Shown here one piece after another: positions 40,380 through 41,085 of a DNA stretch of 41,085 nucleotides. The position numbers were made by a program, and so were the translations under genes. The notes under the pieces were generated by a model, which was not told the origin of the DNA, ran no database searches, and saw only the letters and a program-made list of their open reading frames with translations. Source of the stretch: Pseudomonadota bacterium (GTDB lineage Bacteria; Pseudomonadota; Alphaproteobacteria; UBA2136; UBA6156); NCBI GenBank assembly GCA_009927255.1, contig RFNJ01000096.1, forward strand, positions 1-41,085. The letters run 5' to 3'. Positions within the stretch are counted from its first letter, which is position 1. Every line of letters begins with the position of its first letter.

Positions 40380-40916
40380 ATGGCAGAGTTTAAGGACAGG
40401 ATTACGGCGGGGCGGTTGAAGGGGCGGAAATTGGTGCTTCCTGAGGATGAAAGTGTGCGCCCGAGTAAGAATCGGGTGCGGCAGGCGGCTTTTAACATGT
40501 TGAATAGTCGGGTTGATTTTACAGGTGTGGTGGCGGCGGATGTGTGTTGCGGCAGTGGTGCGTGGGGGCTGGAAGCCTCTTCAAGAGGGTGCGAAATGGT
40601 ATTTTTAGTGGATTTAAATGTGATTTATGCCGAGCGGAATGTGCGTGCGTTTGGGGTGGAAACGGGTGTGAAGGTGGTGCGAAGTGATGCACGCAGCTGG
40701 CAGCCCCCTGCCCCCTTGGGTTTGGTGTTGGCTGACCCGCCTTATGGCAAGGGGTTGGTGCAGGCGCTTTTGCGGCGGCGTGGAGAGTTGGGGGCGGCGG
40801 GTAGCTGGTGGTGCGTGGAGACCGAGCGTGATGCGGTGCTGGACTGGACGGGGTTTACCGATGTGGAGCAACGCGGGCATGGAGGGAGTTGGGTTTGGGT
40901 GGGGAGGCAGGAGTAG
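40380..40916 (+). CDS. rsmD: 16S rRNA m2G966 methyltransferase RsmD-like
   Basis: RITAGRLKGRKL, VRPS..RVRQAAFNML, DVCCGSGAWGLEASSRG, DPPY. Confidence 0.88.
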   Translation: MAEFKDRITAGRLKGRKLVLPEDESVRPSKNRVRQAAFNMLNSRVDFTGVVAADVCCGSGAWGLEASSRGCEMVFLVDLNVIYAERNVRAFGVETGVKVVRSDARSWQPPAPLGLVLADPPYGKGLVQALLRRRGELGAAGSWWCVETERDAVLDWTGFTDVEQRGHGGSWVWVGRQE

Positions 40917-40948
40917 GTGTTAGGGATTAGGTGTTAGGTGTTAGGGAA
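40914..40948 (+). repeat. Heptamer tandem repeat (5 copies)
   Basis: TAGGTGT TAGGGAT TAGGTGT TAGGTGT TAGGGAA. Confidence 0.8.
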
Positions 40949-41041
40949 GGTTGATGGGGGTAGAGGGTGTTAGGACGGTTCAGGGCGTTCAAGATTTTGG
41001 TGCTTCGTGGAGGGTGGGCGACACGGGTGGTGCCGGATAGG

Positions 41042-41085
41042 TGATGGGCACCCCGAAATTGCGTAGTGGCAATTTCGGCCCATCA
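41042..41085. repeat. Bulged hairpin module (copy B) at the window end
   Basis: TGATGGGC-accc-CGAAATTGC-gtagtg-GCAATTTCG-GCCCATCA; core shared with the reverse complement of 16873-16918. Confidence 0.7.

Overview
Core-chromosome segment of an alphaproteobacterium, judged from the FtsZ C-terminal [12 protein letters not shown], the mdh-sucC-sucD order, FdxA and RpoB/RpoC. It encodes a GGDEF cyclase (5'-truncated), recJ, a phasin, a divergent FAD oxidoreductase, folD, a DUF305/CopM-like protein, a large TPR/membrane hypothetical with a DsbA-like partner, fdxA, a site-2 protease, a Wzc-like pseudokinase, rplK-rplA / rplJ-rplL / rpoB-rpoC, lpxC-ftsZ, an M48 lipoprotein protease, a GT2, an MCP, mdh-sucC-sucD, an OmpR-family two-component pair with a small His/Met-rich secreted protein, tadA, a C26 amidotransferase, rluB and rsmD. 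I see no tRNA, rRNA, CRISPR array, transposase or phage genes, and no clear new multi-gene system. The most unusual signals are non-coding or structural: (i) two dispersed copies of a bulged hairpin (TGGGCACCCCGA...TCGGCCCA) with compensatory stem changes, apparently nested in REP-like palindromes; (ii) a ~145-nt rod-like hairpin in an unusually long rplJ leader; (iii) a promoter- and terminator-bounded candidate sRNA between the cyclase and recJ; (iv) a histone-H1-like Lys/Ala insertion and a C-terminal tail in RpoB; (v) orphan genes inserted between rplA and rplJ and between sucC and sucD; (vi) several apparently leaderless genes; (vii) a strong C-to-G strand-skew reversal. All calls were made by eye, with no database searches or folding programs.
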